Of a stretch of DNA of 64,000 nucleotides, positions 1 to 10,766 are shown one piece after another. A program made the position numbers and the translations under genes. Under the pieces are notes generated by a model, which had not been told where the DNA came from, did not search any database, and saw only the letters and a list, made by a program, of their open reading frames with translations. The first letter of the stretch is position 1. Each line of letters begins with the position of its first letter. This DNA comes from Bdellovibrionota bacterium (GTDB lineage: Bacteria > Bdellovibrionota_C > UBA2361 > JBGSMV01): assembly GCA_041739995.1 (NCBI GenBank), contig JBGSMV010000046.1, forward strand, positions 9,774 through 73,773, in the 5' to 3' direction.

Positions 1-534
1 AATGCTTTTGAGCAAAGTTTCGTGGTCTCCTCCGGGCAGGTCTGTGCGTCCAATCGACCCCTGGAACAACACATCCCCTCCCAGCAGCACTCCAGCCTCA
101 GGCTGATAGAAACATACGTGCCCCGGGGAATGCCCTGGGGTGAAAATGACCTGGAAATCATGGTTCGCAAACCGTAGCACTTCACCACCTTGTACATAGG
201 TATCTGGCTCAGGAGCATTCTCAAAGCCCGCAGACGGCAGACCATACATCTGACAGATTTGGACAACGTGCTTTCGCATGTCCTTCTCGAGGGGATGCCC
301 GATTAGCTTAGCACCAGTACGCCGAATGATTTCAGCGACTCCGCCAACATGGTCCAGATGTGAGTGTGTGAGCCATACCTCTTTAACTGAGACTCCCGCT
401 GCCTCAGCAGATTTGAGGATGCGTTCAGGCTCTCCTCCGGGATCTATAAGTAAGCCAACCCCCGCTTCAATGTCCGAGATTAACCTGGCGTTCTGGGAAA
501 ACGGTGTAACGGGGATCGTTTCAATTCGTAACAC
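1..534 (-). CDS. MBL-fold metallo-hydrolase (YcbL/glyoxalase II-like), runs off the left edge
   Basis: Manual translation (not in ORF track) from GTG at 534: VLRIETIPVTPFSQNARL...WLTHSHLDHVGG (HxHxDH)...FTPGHSPGH...GDVLFQGSIGRTDLPGGD. Confidence 0.9.
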   Translation of the reverse strand, partial: MLRIETIPVTPFSQNARLISDIEAGVGLLIDPGGEPERILKSAEAAGVSVKEVWLTHSHLDHVGGVAEIIRRTGAKLIGHPLEKDMRKHVVQICQMYGLPSAGFENAPEPDTYVQGGEVLRFANHDFQVIFTPGHSPGHVCFYQPEAGVLLGGDVLFQGSIGRTDLPGGDHETLLKSI

Positions 535-679
535 GAGCTAATAACCCTCTCTTAGTAAGTACTCTCAGCAACGACCCCATTTCCTCACCAATCAGTCATG
601 AAATGCAAATGCTTTAGGCACCTTGGATATGGGCCCGAACAGCCGTACTACCAAAGGTGATTAGAATCAAACTCTGTTT

Positions 680-706
680 TAGAAAGTGGTGTTCTCTGGT
701 CGATAG
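680..706 (+). promoter_or_regulatory. Candidate sigma28 (FliA)-type promoter upstream of the HDOD gene
   Basis: TAGA-N15-GTCGATAG vs consensus TAAA-N15-GCCGATAA. Confidence 0.3.
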
Positions 707-839
707 ACGAATACCGGAATTGTTCGGGGTAACAAGGATCGAAAGACCTCGACCAGGAATCTAATGCCTCGAATGAAGCGAGATATTTCGCCTCAAAAAG
801 GCTTGCCGCGAAAGCGATGGTTGAGGAGCTCCTTTTCGA

Positions 840-2255
840 ATGAATGAACGTCTGGAACGCGGTGTGAGTTATGCCCTGCAAGGCTGGGCACCCGTCTCCG
901 ATTCGGTTATCCGAGACGTTCGTCTGCGCGCCTCCCAAGGTGAGTATAGAAACGATACCTCACTGGCGATGAAAGATGTACGTCGCGACCCGACGCTTGC
1001 CCTGCTGGTACTCAAGCGGCTTTCTGAAACAGCAGCTGTGCGAGGTGACCTACAAAGCAATCTTTCTGAAATTTTTTCCAAAAATGGCGAACGAACGCTT
1101 TCCGATATTTTGGAATCAACGCCCGAAATTTGCTCAAACCATCGTCTGACCGACGCCACTCCCGAGCAACTTGCATGCATTACGCGCAGTGCGATTGCGG
1201 CTTCAGCAAGCGAGAGTATCGGCGAGCACACCGGCATCTCTCCACATGCCGCGTTCGTCACCTCTAGCTTGCGACAGATGGGACACATCTTGATTGCATG
1301 GAACTATCCGCACCTCTACCAACGAGTGCTTAAAGAACGCAGTCCGGACGCAAACGTAGATCAATCTCTCACTGCTCTTCTGGGCTTTAGCCCTACGTTG
1401 TTGGCGGTTACCATCGCGCAGCGTTGGCACTTCACCCCAAGCACCTGCGCGGCACTCGGCGACGAACAAGCGATAGAGCTGCTCTCCGCCGAAGAGCAAA
1501 TGAAGAGCGAAGCGCTTCGGCAAATTTGCGAAGCTGGCGAGGCACTCGCGCGTTCGATGTACCCCGAGCACTTTCCAGATGCGGAGCGCGACTGGCAGGA
1601 TGCGTCAGCCTTTATTCGCGCCAAGCTCGGACCAAGCGGCATGCGCGCCGTGCTCTCCTCGGTTCGTACCTATCTCACTGAGTTTCAAGGCCACACGCCA
1701 CAAGTCACCACGCTGCCAAGCCGATTAACGGTTCAACGCGATGACACAGAAGCCCCGGTTCTTAAAACTAAAACCAACAAGCACATTCGAGCGTGCCCCC
1801 CTGCGCTTGCCGCTATTATCGAAGATATCTATGAACAGATGCCGCACAACGGCGTCAGTCGAGATGCCCTTGATGCTCTTTTGAAGCAAGCTATTCCCTT
1901 GGCTGGTTTCGATCGTGGTGGACTCTACCTACTGGACCCCGATTCCATGTTGTTACGACCACGAGTGCCAATCGGAACGATAGAACTCACCGACCTTGCA
2001 TCCCATGCCTTTTCGGGACGTTCACGGTCTGCAATCAGCGCGGCCCTGCATTCATTGCTGCCGTATGAGGGTCATTCGTCAGAAATTGACGGAACAACCC
2101 GAAGTATTATTGCAGGAGCACTTGGCGTCGAGCACAAATCAGGCGTGCTCTACCTCGAAGTGGGCGAACAACTCAGCATGCGTCCGGCCGAAGAACGATT
2201 GTCCATCTTCAAAGCGCTGCGACAAGCGCTCAATGACATTTTGCGCCTCGAATAA
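840..2255 (+). CDS. HDOD-domain signalling protein with C-terminal GAF-like region
   Basis: VRRDPTLALLVLK, AFVTSSLRQMGHILI, LLGFSPTLLAVTIAQRWHF are HDOD-like; the C-terminus has GFDRGGLYLLDPDSMLLRP and GVLYLE (GAF-like). Confidence 0.75.
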   Translation: MNERLERGVSYALQGWAPVSDSVIRDVRLRASQGEYRNDTSLAMKDVRRDPTLALLVLKRLSETAAVRGDLQSNLSEIFSKNGERTLSDILESTPEICSNHRLTDATPEQLACITRSAIAASASESIGEHTGISPHAAFVTSSLRQMGHILIAWNYPHLYQRVLKERSPDANVDQSLTALLGFSPTLLAVTIAQRWHFTPSTCAALGDEQAIELLSAEEQMKSEALRQICEAGEALARSMYPEHFPDAERDWQDASAFIRAKLGPSGMRAVLSSVRTYLTEFQGHTPQVTTLPSRLTVQRDDTEAPVLKTKTNKHIRACPPALAAIIEDIYEQMPHNGVSRDALDALLKQAIPLAGFDRGGLYLLDPDSMLLRPRVPIGTIELTDLASHAFSGRSRSAISAALHSLLPYEGHSSEIDGTTRSIIAGALGVEHKSGVLYLEVGEQLSMRPAEERLSIFKALRQALNDILRLE

Positions 2256-2284
2256 CGCCGAAATCTGGCCTCTCGCTTCGTTTC

Positions 2285-3028
2285 TTATGTCGCCATGTCT
2301 TGCGGGTGAAGAAATTGATAGCCCACGCCTCGTACCGAGCGAATCGCCGCAGTCGACTCACCAGGAAGTATCTGCCTTAGTCGCACGATAGCATTGTCCA
2401 CCGAACGCATCGCCGGAGAAGTTTCCCCCTCCCACACTCGCTGAACTATCTCCTCCCTACTCAGCACCCTGGGAGACGCGTCAACAAGCAGGCACAGTAG
2501 AATAAAATCTTTGGTCGGCGGTTGTATCCGCGCACCGCCAGCCAACACCACAGTAAACGCCGGGCGATCAAGCGAAAAAAGCCCGCGGGTCGGATCTCTT
2601 CGGGCTCGTGTTGAACGCTGACCACCTTGCTCGGCATCCAGAGGCAGCACGCGCTGAATCCTGAGAATAAGCTCCTTTAAATGAAAAGGCTTCGGAATAT
2701 AATCTTCGGCGCCAAGCTCAAACCCTTCGAGGCGATATTCAGGCGAGCTCATGGCAGTGAGAAAAATGATAGGCACTTGCGACACAAGCCGAAGGTCCCG
2801 GGCCAGGTCGAGCCCCGACCCGTCAGGCAGTCCAATATCTAGCACCGCAAGGTCCACCTGAGGCGGATTCCCTGACTTAGTACCGCCATCCGTCACGCCC
2901 TTGCACCAACGCATCGCCTCAGCGCGCGTTTGTACCCAATGGATCGCATAGCCTTCACGCGAAAGGCGTTCCGATAGAGTCGCTCCAAGACTTTCGTCGT
3001 CCTCTACTAAAAGTATCTGTAACGCCAT
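2285..3028 (-). CDS. OmpR/PhoB-family response regulator
   Basis: ILLVEDD, LAVLDIGLPDGSG, IFLTA, DYIPKPF receiver; winged helix RSVDNAIVRLR...IRSVRGVGY; start placed at MALQ. Confidence 0.93.
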   Translation of the reverse strand: MALQILLVEDDESLGATLSERLSREGYAIHWVQTRAEAMRWCKGVTDGGTKSGNPPQVDLAVLDIGLPDGSGLDLARDLRLVSQVPIIFLTAMSSPEYRLEGFELGAEDYIPKPFHLKELILRIQRVLPLDAEQGGQRSTRARRDPTRGLFSLDRPAFTVVLAGGARIQPPTKDFILLCLLVDASPRVLSREEIVQRVWEGETSPAMRSVDNAIVRLRQILPGESTAAIRSVRGVGYQFLHPQDMAT

Positions 3029-3071
3029 CGAAGATTCCCTGTAACTCGCATGCAGATAAGATCTGCATTCC

Positions 3072-4019
3072 TCATATGCCAGAGACGCTCCCTCGCATTC
3101 TGAGCTGCACCACAAACTCATGCTCACTTGGAACGATAGTCACCGATCCCCCCATTTCGGCCATGAGCGTTCGAACCAAATGGAGCCCGATACCACTACC
3201 ACTACCTTGATAGAATCTCTGGAATAACTGTCCAAGCTTGGAAGCATCGCCAACGAACGGCGTCCCATCGTTCCGAACGGTAAGCAGGACCCAGCCCTGT
3301 TCAGGAACGCTGGCGGCAACATCAATATTTCGAGCCTTGCCATGCGATATCGCATTTTGAAACAGGTTCAAAAACACGCTCTCCAGCGCACGTCGGTCTG
3401 CCTGCACTTCAACGCCGGGCACACAAACAACCGTCAAATGCGGCCAGTGTTCTGCCAAAGCGCCCACCAACGGAGTCAGAGCCACTAATTCCATTCTGAG
3501 GGCGCGATCCTCGGTGAGAGTCTCAGAGCCCGCGGCGAGACGTCCCCCTCGCAAGAGTCCGCTGCGTCCGCTGAGCAGGTCGGCAAGAAAAAGCGAGTTA
3601 TCAAGCTGCAACGTCAGACGTGCAGTGTCAGCCACGAGCCTCCCGAGTAGTCGCTGAACATCCGCAGGCGCATCGGAGAGATCTTCACGCAGGGCCTCCG
3701 CTTGAAGACGAAGACTCGCAAGTGGAGTTTTTAACTCGTGGGTGAATGTCGCCAGGAACTTCTGGACTTGCTCAGCCTCTCGGCGCTCCCTCATCATAAA
3801 GTAGCCAAGCGCCCCGGCACCTGCGGTAAGAAGGAGAAATAAGGCTCCGCCTTCCCACAGCAGCATCTTCTGCTGTCGAACCATCCGGGCTTTATCCGCA
3901 TGGTCGAGCTCCATGAGGTTATCAATCTGTTGTAATCCAAAGATGACCCACCATCCCGTCAAGGAAACGGTGAAAAGGAACCATGCTGCCGCCACCAAAT
4001 AACGCAGAGAACGAAACAT
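3072..4019 (-). CDS. Membrane sensor histidine kinase
   Basis: Two N-terminal TM segments, H-box THELKTPL, N-box NLFQNAISH, GSGIGL G2 box; adjacent to the response regulator. Confidence 0.92.
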   Translation of the reverse strand: MFRSLRYLVAAAWFLFTVSLTGWWVIFGLQQIDNLMELDHADKARMVRQQKMLLWEGGALFLLLTAGAGALGYFMMRERREAEQVQKFLATFTHELKTPLASLRLQAEALREDLSDAPADVQRLLGRLVADTARLTLQLDNSLFLADLLSGRSGLLRGGRLAAGSETLTEDRALRMELVALTPLVGALAEHWPHLTVVCVPGVEVQADRRALESVFLNLFQNAISHGKARNIDVAASVPEQGWVLLTVRNDGTPFVGDASKLGQLFQRFYQGSGSGIGLHLVRTLMAEMGGSVTIVPSEHEFVVQLRMRGSVSGI

Positions 4020-4208
4020 TTTTGCACGTGGAATCAACCGTCTTGGCACCTGATATCTCGTTGAGTAGAGGTTTCGAATGTTGCTGGACTTCTACCTGTC
4101 AGAGTTTACCACGGCAACTTACCGTCGCGGCGGAATCTTTGGTAGAAGCTGACTGGTTAAAATCGCCCTGTTGAACCCTGAGAGATGTAGACCAGGGCGA
4201 TACCGGAA

Positions 4209-4976
4209 TTATCTGAGCTGGTAGGATACCGCGACACGCTCCCGCCATGCGACGGCAAACCCGTTCATTCGCGCTGGAGAGAACCTCCAGCTAGCGAGGA
4301 TGGTCTCGCGTGCGGACTCATCGCAGTCCTCGCGACCTGATGATACAGAGACCTGAGCATCCCCTACGGACCCATCGACATCGACCAGAATGTCGAGCAC
4401 CACCCGCCCCTCAAACTGCGCTCGTCTTGCTGCTCTCGGATATTGGGGTCGCGGACTACTCAGCAGACGTGGGCCATCGCCAACCCCTCGCAGAGACCCG
4501 CGCGCTCCTCCAGAAGCCGCGGCCGCTTCAGCACCGCTCGCAGAATCGCTGCCACTTGCGGTGTCGCTGTTCGATACACCCGCAGCATCATTTTTTACTG
4601 GAGCTTTTACGGGAACGAGCTTCGCAGGTGGATTACTGACAGGCTTTCTAGCCGGCGGTGGTTTCGGCTGTACAGGATCAGTTTTCTGAATTCGCAGAGT
4701 CAGCTCCGGCTCAGTAGGAACCTCAGGCATGATCGTCTGAGCGACTTCATCTCGTGCCTTAAGACTCTGCTCAACTAAATCTCGCTGGCGCTCATCGCCC
4801 TCAGAGTTCAGGGCTTCACCCTCTTGAGCATTCACTACTGACACGATGAAGGTTTCTCCCCCGTCACCGCCCCCATCGAGCAAGACCGGCGGAGTGATCG
4901 ACGAGCCAAACAGCCCGACCGCGAAAATCGCGTGCAATCCTACCGAAAATAGCAAGCCCAGCGTGGAATTACTCAT
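4209..4976 (-). CDS. tonB: Energy transducer TonB
   Basis: N-terminal TM with SVGLH motif, Pro/Lys-rich linker, C-terminal PQYPRAARRAQFEGRVVL...WRFSPA. Confidence 0.88.
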   Translation of the reverse strand: MSNSTLGLLFSVGLHAIFAVGLFGSSITPPVLLDGGGDGGETFIVSVVNAQEGEALNSEGDERQRDLVEQSLKARDEVAQTIMPEVPTEPELTLRIQKTDPVQPKPPPARKPVSNPPAKLVPVKAPVKNDAAGVSNSDTASGSDSASGAEAAAASGGARGSLRGVGDGPRLLSSPRPQYPRAARRAQFEGRVVLDILVDVDGSVGDAQVSVSSGREDCDESARETILASWRFSPARMNGFAVAWRERVAVSYQLR

Positions 4977-5258
4977 CCCCCCATTAAACCACGCCGCGCA
5001 GACCTGTCGCACCCATCGGGAGCAATTTCTCCAGAAAGCACTGCCGCCAAACGTGAAAAAATCGCTCTCTAAGAGCGAATTGTCATGCCTTTGTCACGAA
5101 GCATCGGTGTTCCTCGTGCGATTCACGATCTTCCCGTTAATGACCGCCTCTGAATCTATTGACCGAGAGTCGCTGATTGCTGGAAGGTCTCGGCATCGAG
5201 AATAGCGAACTCGCCATTTCGTCATGTTCGCCGCTTTCGATTTTCTCAAGTTCAAGGA

Positions 5259-7520
5259 GTGCCCATGATTCTTCGCTCGGTGTTTTTAAGCCCTATCGGT
5301 CTGATTTCCCGGTTCAATTCTTCACTTAGATCTCCACACGCAAAGCTATCGTTAGCATTTGCCGGTGCAATGGCATTTGGAATTGGCGCAGCAAGTGTCT
5401 CCTGGGCTCAAGAGGACGTAACGCCTGAAGAGAGAAAGCCTCTAGAAATATTCGTTACCGCAGGGCGCGGGCTTGAACAGTCTCCCCTAGACGTGCCGCA
5501 ATCGATTGACACAATCACCGCCGAGCAGATAGGAGCCCAAGAATACGCCGACGTTGAAGACATTATTCGTCGAGTCCCGGGCGTTGGGCTCGCGCCGAGT
5601 GAAGGAAATCCAAATTACTGGCAGGAAGGCTTCACCATTCGTGGTCTTGGTGCTCAGCGCGTACTGACGCTCACCGATGGTATCCGTCAGGCTGGCCAAG
5701 GCATTGGCTACGGCGGTGGCAACCTGGGCCTTTATGACACTATCGGGATTGAAAGAATTGAAATTCTTCGTGGACCAGCTTCTGTGTTGTACGGCACCGA
5801 CGCCTTCGGCGGCGTGGTAAACATTATCACCCGTGAGCCAACGCGGCGCGAGGAGTTCGGTCTGAATGGGGCAATGCGCTATGGCTATGATGGTCAATTT
5901 GACCGTAATCGAGCGGGCGGCTACGTCGATTTTGGTGAAGATGCTTACGCCGTTGTGGTCGGTGGTAGTTATACCCGACAGAATGAACCGCAGCTTCGTG
6001 ACGGCGAGGACCCAAACCAGGGCTCGTATCGCCAGGTTGGCCTCTTCGGAAAAGCAGATTTTTTTCTAACCGAAGACACCACTGTGCGTTTCATTGCGAA
6101 CAACACCAGAAACTCTGATGTGCTGGTCACCCGCGATACTATCTCACTACCGATCGCGACTTTTGGCCCTCCAGGGTCATCGGAGCTTATCACTAATCCT
6201 CTATACTTCAGTTTTCCAAAGTATCAGCGCACCATGACGGGCGTCGAGATGACAGTCGACGATGTTGACGCTTCTTGGAAGGAATTCAAAACTGGCCTCT
6301 ATTGGCAACAGATTAGTCGCGAGTTTTATCGTGAGACAGCGGCATATCCGCAGTTTAATCCTGGCTTCGCTGGTCCTCCCACCTTCATTAACCCTTCAGC
6401 GACCATTGTCGCCGAGCGCACCAAAACTGATGACACGGTCAATGTATTCGAGTCTCAGTCCCAAGGTCGATTTGAACTTGGTGACCACACACTCACGGTC
6501 GGTCTCGACTTAGGCTACGACGATTCTGATCTGCCTGAAGACGTCGAGACGGAGATTGTTGCACAAGCCGGCTTTGGCGCAGTGATGAGACCACCCACCA
6601 CAGTTTCGCGCACACGTGCTGATGCTGACCAAGTAAGAGGCGGAATTTATGCCCAAGACAACTGGGACTTGGGTCAGTTTGAACTTGTTCACGGTGCTCG
6701 CTTTGACTATTTCGAAGTGAACGATTCGATCAGTGACTTCGATGACAGCGTTGCGGGAGTCAGTGGATCCGCCGGGGCAGTTTACAAGCGCACCGATGAA
6801 CACTCGATCTACCTTAACGTCGCCACTGGATTTCGTGCTCCTGATTTAGGAGAGCGTTTTCAAGACGGTGTCGTGAACTTAGGGGTACCGTCGCGGGTTA
6901 TTGGTAACCCCGATATTGATCCTGAGCGTTCGTACACCTCAGAAATTGGTACCAAGTATGATGACGGCTTCTTCAACGCCGAGCTCGCTGGGTATGCCAC
7001 ACGCATCATAGATTATATTGGACGAGTACCAGTCGGTATAATGGATGGGTTTTCAACTGAGATGATCGATAACGTCGGAGACATTACGCTCTACGGCTTT
7101 GAGTTCGCTACGAGCGCCCCGGTTTGCGATCTCTTCGAAGTGTACTTCAATGTTTCTCGTACTTGGACTAACCAGTCGGATAAGATTGATGTTCCCGGTG
7201 TGACCTTCAACTACGGCCTGTTCAGAGATTTTGAGATGAGCTCTGAGACGCTTGAAAGAGTGCGTACGGGCTTGAACTTCCGTACTGTGGGCCCGTCAAA
7301 CGACGATACAGTCACCCCTGGACGACCTCAGTTCCCTGGTCAGGCGGACTTCACCGTGGTGGATTTTGAACTCAACTTCTACCTCACCCAAATGTCCTTC
7401 GGCAAAGCGTCGATTGTAAGCGGCGTTAAGAACCTGTTCGACAAAGACTACCGCGAGCCATTCTTTGATGTGCTCCAACCTGCACGTAACGCCTATGCGG
7501 CGATACAGGTTGACTTCTAA
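5259..7520 (+). CDS. TonB-dependent outer-membrane receptor
   Basis: Signal peptide, TonB box IFVTA, plug IERIEILRGPASVLYGTDAFGGVVNIIT, FRAP and NPDI motifs, KNLFDKDY, terminal Phe. Confidence 0.95.
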   Translation: MPMILRSVFLSPIGLISRFNSSLRSPHAKLSLAFAGAMAFGIGAASVSWAQEDVTPEERKPLEIFVTAGRGLEQSPLDVPQSIDTITAEQIGAQEYADVEDIIRRVPGVGLAPSEGNPNYWQEGFTIRGLGAQRVLTLTDGIRQAGQGIGYGGGNLGLYDTIGIERIEILRGPASVLYGTDAFGGVVNIITREPTRREEFGLNGAMRYGYDGQFDRNRAGGYVDFGEDAYAVVVGGSYTRQNEPQLRDGEDPNQGSYRQVGLFGKADFFLTEDTTVRFIANNTRNSDVLVTRDTISLPIATFGPPGSSELITNPLYFSFPKYQRTMTGVEMTVDDVDASWKEFKTGLYWQQISREFYRETAAYPQFNPGFAGPPTFINPSATIVAERTKTDDTVNVFESQSQGRFELGDHTLTVGLDLGYDDSDLPEDVETEIVAQAGFGAVMRPPTTVSRTRADADQVRGGIYAQDNWDLGQFELVHGARFDYFEVNDSISDFDDSVAGVSGSAGAVYKRTDEHSIYLNVATGFRAPDLGERFQDGVVNLGVPSRVIGNPDIDPERSYTSEIGTKYDDGFFNAELAGYATRIIDYIGRVPVGIMDGFSTEMIDNVGDITLYGFEFATSAPVCDLFEVYFNVSRTWTNQSDKIDVPGVTFNYGLFRDFEMSSETLERVRTGLNFRTVGPSNDDTVTPGRPQFPGQADFTVVDFELNFYLTQMSFGKASIVSGVKNLFDKDYREPFFDVLQPARNAYAAIQVDF

Positions 7521-7766
7521 GCTCGGCGCAAACCCAACACTTAACGAGTCGCTTGCCTTGGCGTGATATTCGCTCTCGAGTATCACCCCAAGGCGGGCTC
7601 GTTCCGAGTTCGCGGCATAGGTAGCGCGGAACTACACCTTTATGTATGCTCTGCCCCCTCTGGAACGCCCCTAGCAACTTGCTTTGCGGAATTCCTTTGA
7701 AGTACAAGGTTCAAAAGCAAAACAGCCACGAGCATTTTATACTTTTATTCTCTCTACAAGGAAGAC

Positions 7767-8681
7767 ATGAACTCCTCCCCGCTTTCCTCTGACCTACTTA
7801 CCTCTGGTGATCGTGGCAGCCAACTCGCAGAATTCTTCTCCGGATATTTTAGATTATCAATGCTGCTGTTTGTATCGTCGTTAGCTATTTGTTCAATATT
7901 CTACGGGCATGCCTTTGCTGAGTCAGGACCGGCGGGGACAGTGGCGTCCCAGGACGATGCTGCAGAACTGGCAAAAAAACTGCAGAACCCTATTGCCGAT
8001 CTTATCAGTTTGCCTGTGCAAAATAATTGGGACTTTGGAATCGGGCCAAAGGATGCCTACCGTTATACCGCTAATATTCAACCCGTTATTCCTATCTCAA
8101 TTAGCGAGGACTGGAACGTAATCACCAGAACAATACTTCCAGTTATTCACGCTCAATCACCAGTCGACGGTCTCGACAGTACTACTGGTCTTGGTGACAT
8201 GGTTCAAAGTTTCTTCTTCTCTCCTAAAGCACCGACTAGTAACGGTTGGGTTTGGGGTGCGGGGCCCGTCTTTTATTGGCCCACTTCTTCAGATCGGCTT
8301 CTTGGTTCAGGAAAGACCGGGGCGGGCCCGACTGCGGTGTTCTTGAAGCAGGATTCGGGTTGGACCTACGGACTACTCGCCAATCAAATATGGTCTTTCG
8401 CTGGGCCTGATACCTCAGCGGATATCAACGCGACTTTTGCACAACCTTTCTTCTCATATACTACCAAGAGCTTCACCAGCCTCGGCCTTACGTCCGAGAG
8501 CACCTACAACTGGGAAGCAAGAGAATGGACAGTGCCTTTAAACGTCAACTTATCTCAACTCCTAAAAGTTGGTGGCATACCGATGCAATTTCTTATTGGG
8601 CCCCGCTTTTACCTCGATCGTCCTGACGGCGGACCGAATTTTGGATTGCGCTTTATGGTCACTTTCTTGCTCCCGAAATAG
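7767..8681 (+). CDS. Putative outer-membrane beta-barrel/transporter (family often auto-annotated 'neuromedin U')
   Basis: ELAKKLQNPIADLISLP, NIQPVIP, TGLGD, GAGP repeats, amphipathic C-terminal strand; start may be further downstream. Confidence 0.6.
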   Translation: MNSSPLSSDLLTSGDRGSQLAEFFSGYFRLSMLLFVSSLAICSIFYGHAFAESGPAGTVASQDDAAELAKKLQNPIADLISLPVQNNWDFGIGPKDAYRYTANIQPVIPISISEDWNVITRTILPVIHAQSPVDGLDSTTGLGDMVQSFFFSPKAPTSNGWVWGAGPVFYWPTSSDRLLGSGKTGAGPTAVFLKQDSGWTYGLLANQIWSFAGPDTSADINATFAQPFFSYTTKSFTSLGLTSESTYNWEAREWTVPLNVNLSQLLKVGGIPMQFLIGPRFYLDRPDGGPNFGLRFMVTFLLPK

Positions 8682-8823
8682 TGGGGCCGCTACAAAGATT
8701 CGCTTCGCCAAAGGAGAAGAAACCTGCCCCGCGGATCTCGCGATGCTCAGTTAGAACGAGTCCAAACCTGTGTGGAAGATGAGCCCAGCGCGCCGGAGCC
8801 GAATGGCGACTCGGTATCAACAC

Positions 8824-9432
8824 CTACCTCGACACCTTTGCGAAGGTTTTTAGCTGCAACAATTTGCCCTTAATGTCCAATAGCTCGGAACGAAACGGGC
8901 GAGAATCGGCGTATCGAACCACCTTCTGTTGGTCTTTGCCTGATTCAGTTGGTACCGCCCATAAATCACAATTGAGGCATAATAAAATCGTGAGAAATGG
9001 CGCGTCCGTGTGGCCAGGCATTCCAGGGGAAAACTCATGGAATGAAAATTTAATCCCGGGCTGGAAGGTGCAAGTCTTTAGCCTGTCTGCGATCGATAGC
9101 AGCGGCGCCTTCTCTAGGTAACCAACAATCTTTAAAATTTCTTCCTTCGATAAGTAATGAGTTGTTTCCTGGGGCATTTCCTGACAGTGGTGCAGACTTG
9201 GGCAAAATGGGCAGGAATCGGGTGTCGAAATTGGCGTCGGAGCGAGAGCAACTCTCTTCCTCTCAGCCGCGTCCATAATCAAACTGACAGAGACCCATGG
9301 TGCATTCTTCAATTTTTCTAGTTGATCGGCAGAAAAAGCGGCTCCATTAGCTGATTCAGCGATTACGCGTAGAGGCACCAGGAGGAACAAGAGCAACAAT
9401 ATTCCACATTGGTGTTTCATCCACACACTCAA
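8824..9432 (-). CDS. Hypothetical exported Cys-rich protein
   Basis: Signal-peptide-like N-terminus; CPFC, CTFQPG and CLNC motifs. Confidence 0.55.
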   Translation of the reverse strand: MSVWMKHQCGILLLLFLLVPLRVIAESANGAAFSADQLEKLKNAPWVSVSLIMDAAERKRVALAPTPISTPDSCPFCPSLHHCQEMPQETTHYLSKEEILKIVGYLEKAPLLSIADRLKTCTFQPGIKFSFHEFSPGMPGHTDAPFLTILLCLNCDLWAVPTESGKDQQKVVRYADSRPFRSELLDIKGKLLQLKTFAKVSR

Positions 9433-9485
9433 ATTTCCACCGCGAATCTAAACCGGCTTGCACTCGAATCATTCAAGCGAGGCTA

Positions 9486-10766
9486 CTATTCTCTCGGCTC
9501 AATCTTCTCTTGTCCGCCCATGTATGGCCGCAGCGCGGTCGGCACACGAACACTACCATCAGCTTCCTGATTGTTCTCAAGCAACGGAATCAGGATTCGC
9601 GGAGAAGCGATGAGCGTATTGTTCAGCGTGTGGCAAAATACATTCTTGCCAGAAGCATCTTTATAGCGAAGCTTCAAACGCCGCGACTGGAAGTCATGAA
9701 ACGTAGAGCAACTATGCGTCTCGCCATAGGCCTTACGCGAGGGCATCCAGGCCTCAATGTCATTCTTGTAAACCTGCCCCAGTCCAATATCACCGGTACA
9801 TACATCAACTACTCGGTAGGGAAGTTCAAGAAGCTGCATGAGCTCCTCTGCATTCCCTAACAACTCTTGGTGAAGTCCGGCACTCTCTGCCTCATCAGCT
9901 CGGCAAATGACGACCTGCTCTACCTTGTAGAACTGGTGCACGCGATACAAGCCAGCGGTATCCTTTCCGTAACTTCCCGCTTCACGTCGGTAGCACGGCG
10001 AATGCCCGGCATAACGCCGCGGCAGTGACTTTTCTTCTAGGACTTCATCAATATGGTAAGCGCACACCGGCACTTCTGAGGTTCCAATCAGATAGGTATC
10101 AGGGTCGCGCTCATCAAGGTGATACGCCATATCCTCGCCACCTGGGAAATAGCTGGTTCCCACCATGGCTTCGTAGTGAACAATGTGCGGAGGATCAAAA
10201 AGGATGTAGCCCTTATGATGCAGCAAATCCATGGCGCACTGCAGCACGGCATGTTGCAGTCTGGCACCGTCGCCCTTCAAGAAATAAGAGCGGGCACCAC
10301 TTACCTTCACCCCACGCTCAATATCCAGAATGTCTAGAGCCCGACCAAGCGTGAGATGGTCTTTGGGGGTAAAGCCAAACTCAGGAACGCTGCCCCATTT
10401 CTTAATCTCAACATTCTCAGTGTCATCTTTGCCCACGGGCACTCGAGCGAGTGTCGGTTGTGGGATAAATAATTGTAGGCGCGTCCACTCGGCTTCCTCT
10501 TCCGCAAGTGCTGCCGACTCGTCTTTGAGACGGGCGGAAAGCTGCTTCATCTCCGCAAGCTTCTCCTGCTTCTCGGCCCCTTGGAGACTCGGCATAGCCT
10601 TACTGACCGCGTTCTGCTCAGCGCGCAGTTGCTCAACGCCTACTTTTTTGGCGCGTAAGGAGGCATCAAGCTTAAGGAAAGCATCGATATCGAGTTTGAC
10701 CCGCTTTTTTGTGCAGGCATCTTTATAGAGCTCAGGGTTTTCGCGAAGATGGTGTAAATCAATCAT
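9486..10766 (-). CDS. serS: Serine--tRNA ligase
   Basis: N-terminal coiled coil, LIGTSEV, CYRREAGSYGKDTAGLYRVHQFYKVEQ, HTLNNT. Confidence 0.98.
   Translation of the reverse strand: MIDLHHLRENPELYKDACTKKRVKLDIDAFLKLDASLRAKKVGVEQLRAEQNAVSKAMPSLQGAEKQEKLAEMKQLSARLKDESAALAEEEAEWTRLQLFIPQPTLARVPVGKDDTENVEIKKWGSVPEFGFTPKDHLTLGRALDILDIERGVKVSGARSYFLKGDGARLQHAVLQCAMDLLHHKGYILFDPPHIVHYEAMVGTSYFPGGEDMAYHLDERDPDTYLIGTSEVPVCAYHIDEVLEEKSLPRRYAGHSPCYRREAGSYGKDTAGLYRVHQFYKVEQVVICRADEAESAGLHQELLGNAEELMQLLELPYRVVDVCTGDIGLGQVYKNDIEAWMPSRKAYGETHSCSTFHDFQSRRLKLRYKDASGKNVFCHTLNNTLIASPRILIPLLENNQEADGSVRVPTALRPYMGGQEKIEPRE

Noticed and set aside
5186..5225. Possible Fur box (GAGAATAGCGAACTC) upstream of the TonB-dependent receptor
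   Set aside because: Too weak a match to GATAATGATAATCATTATC.
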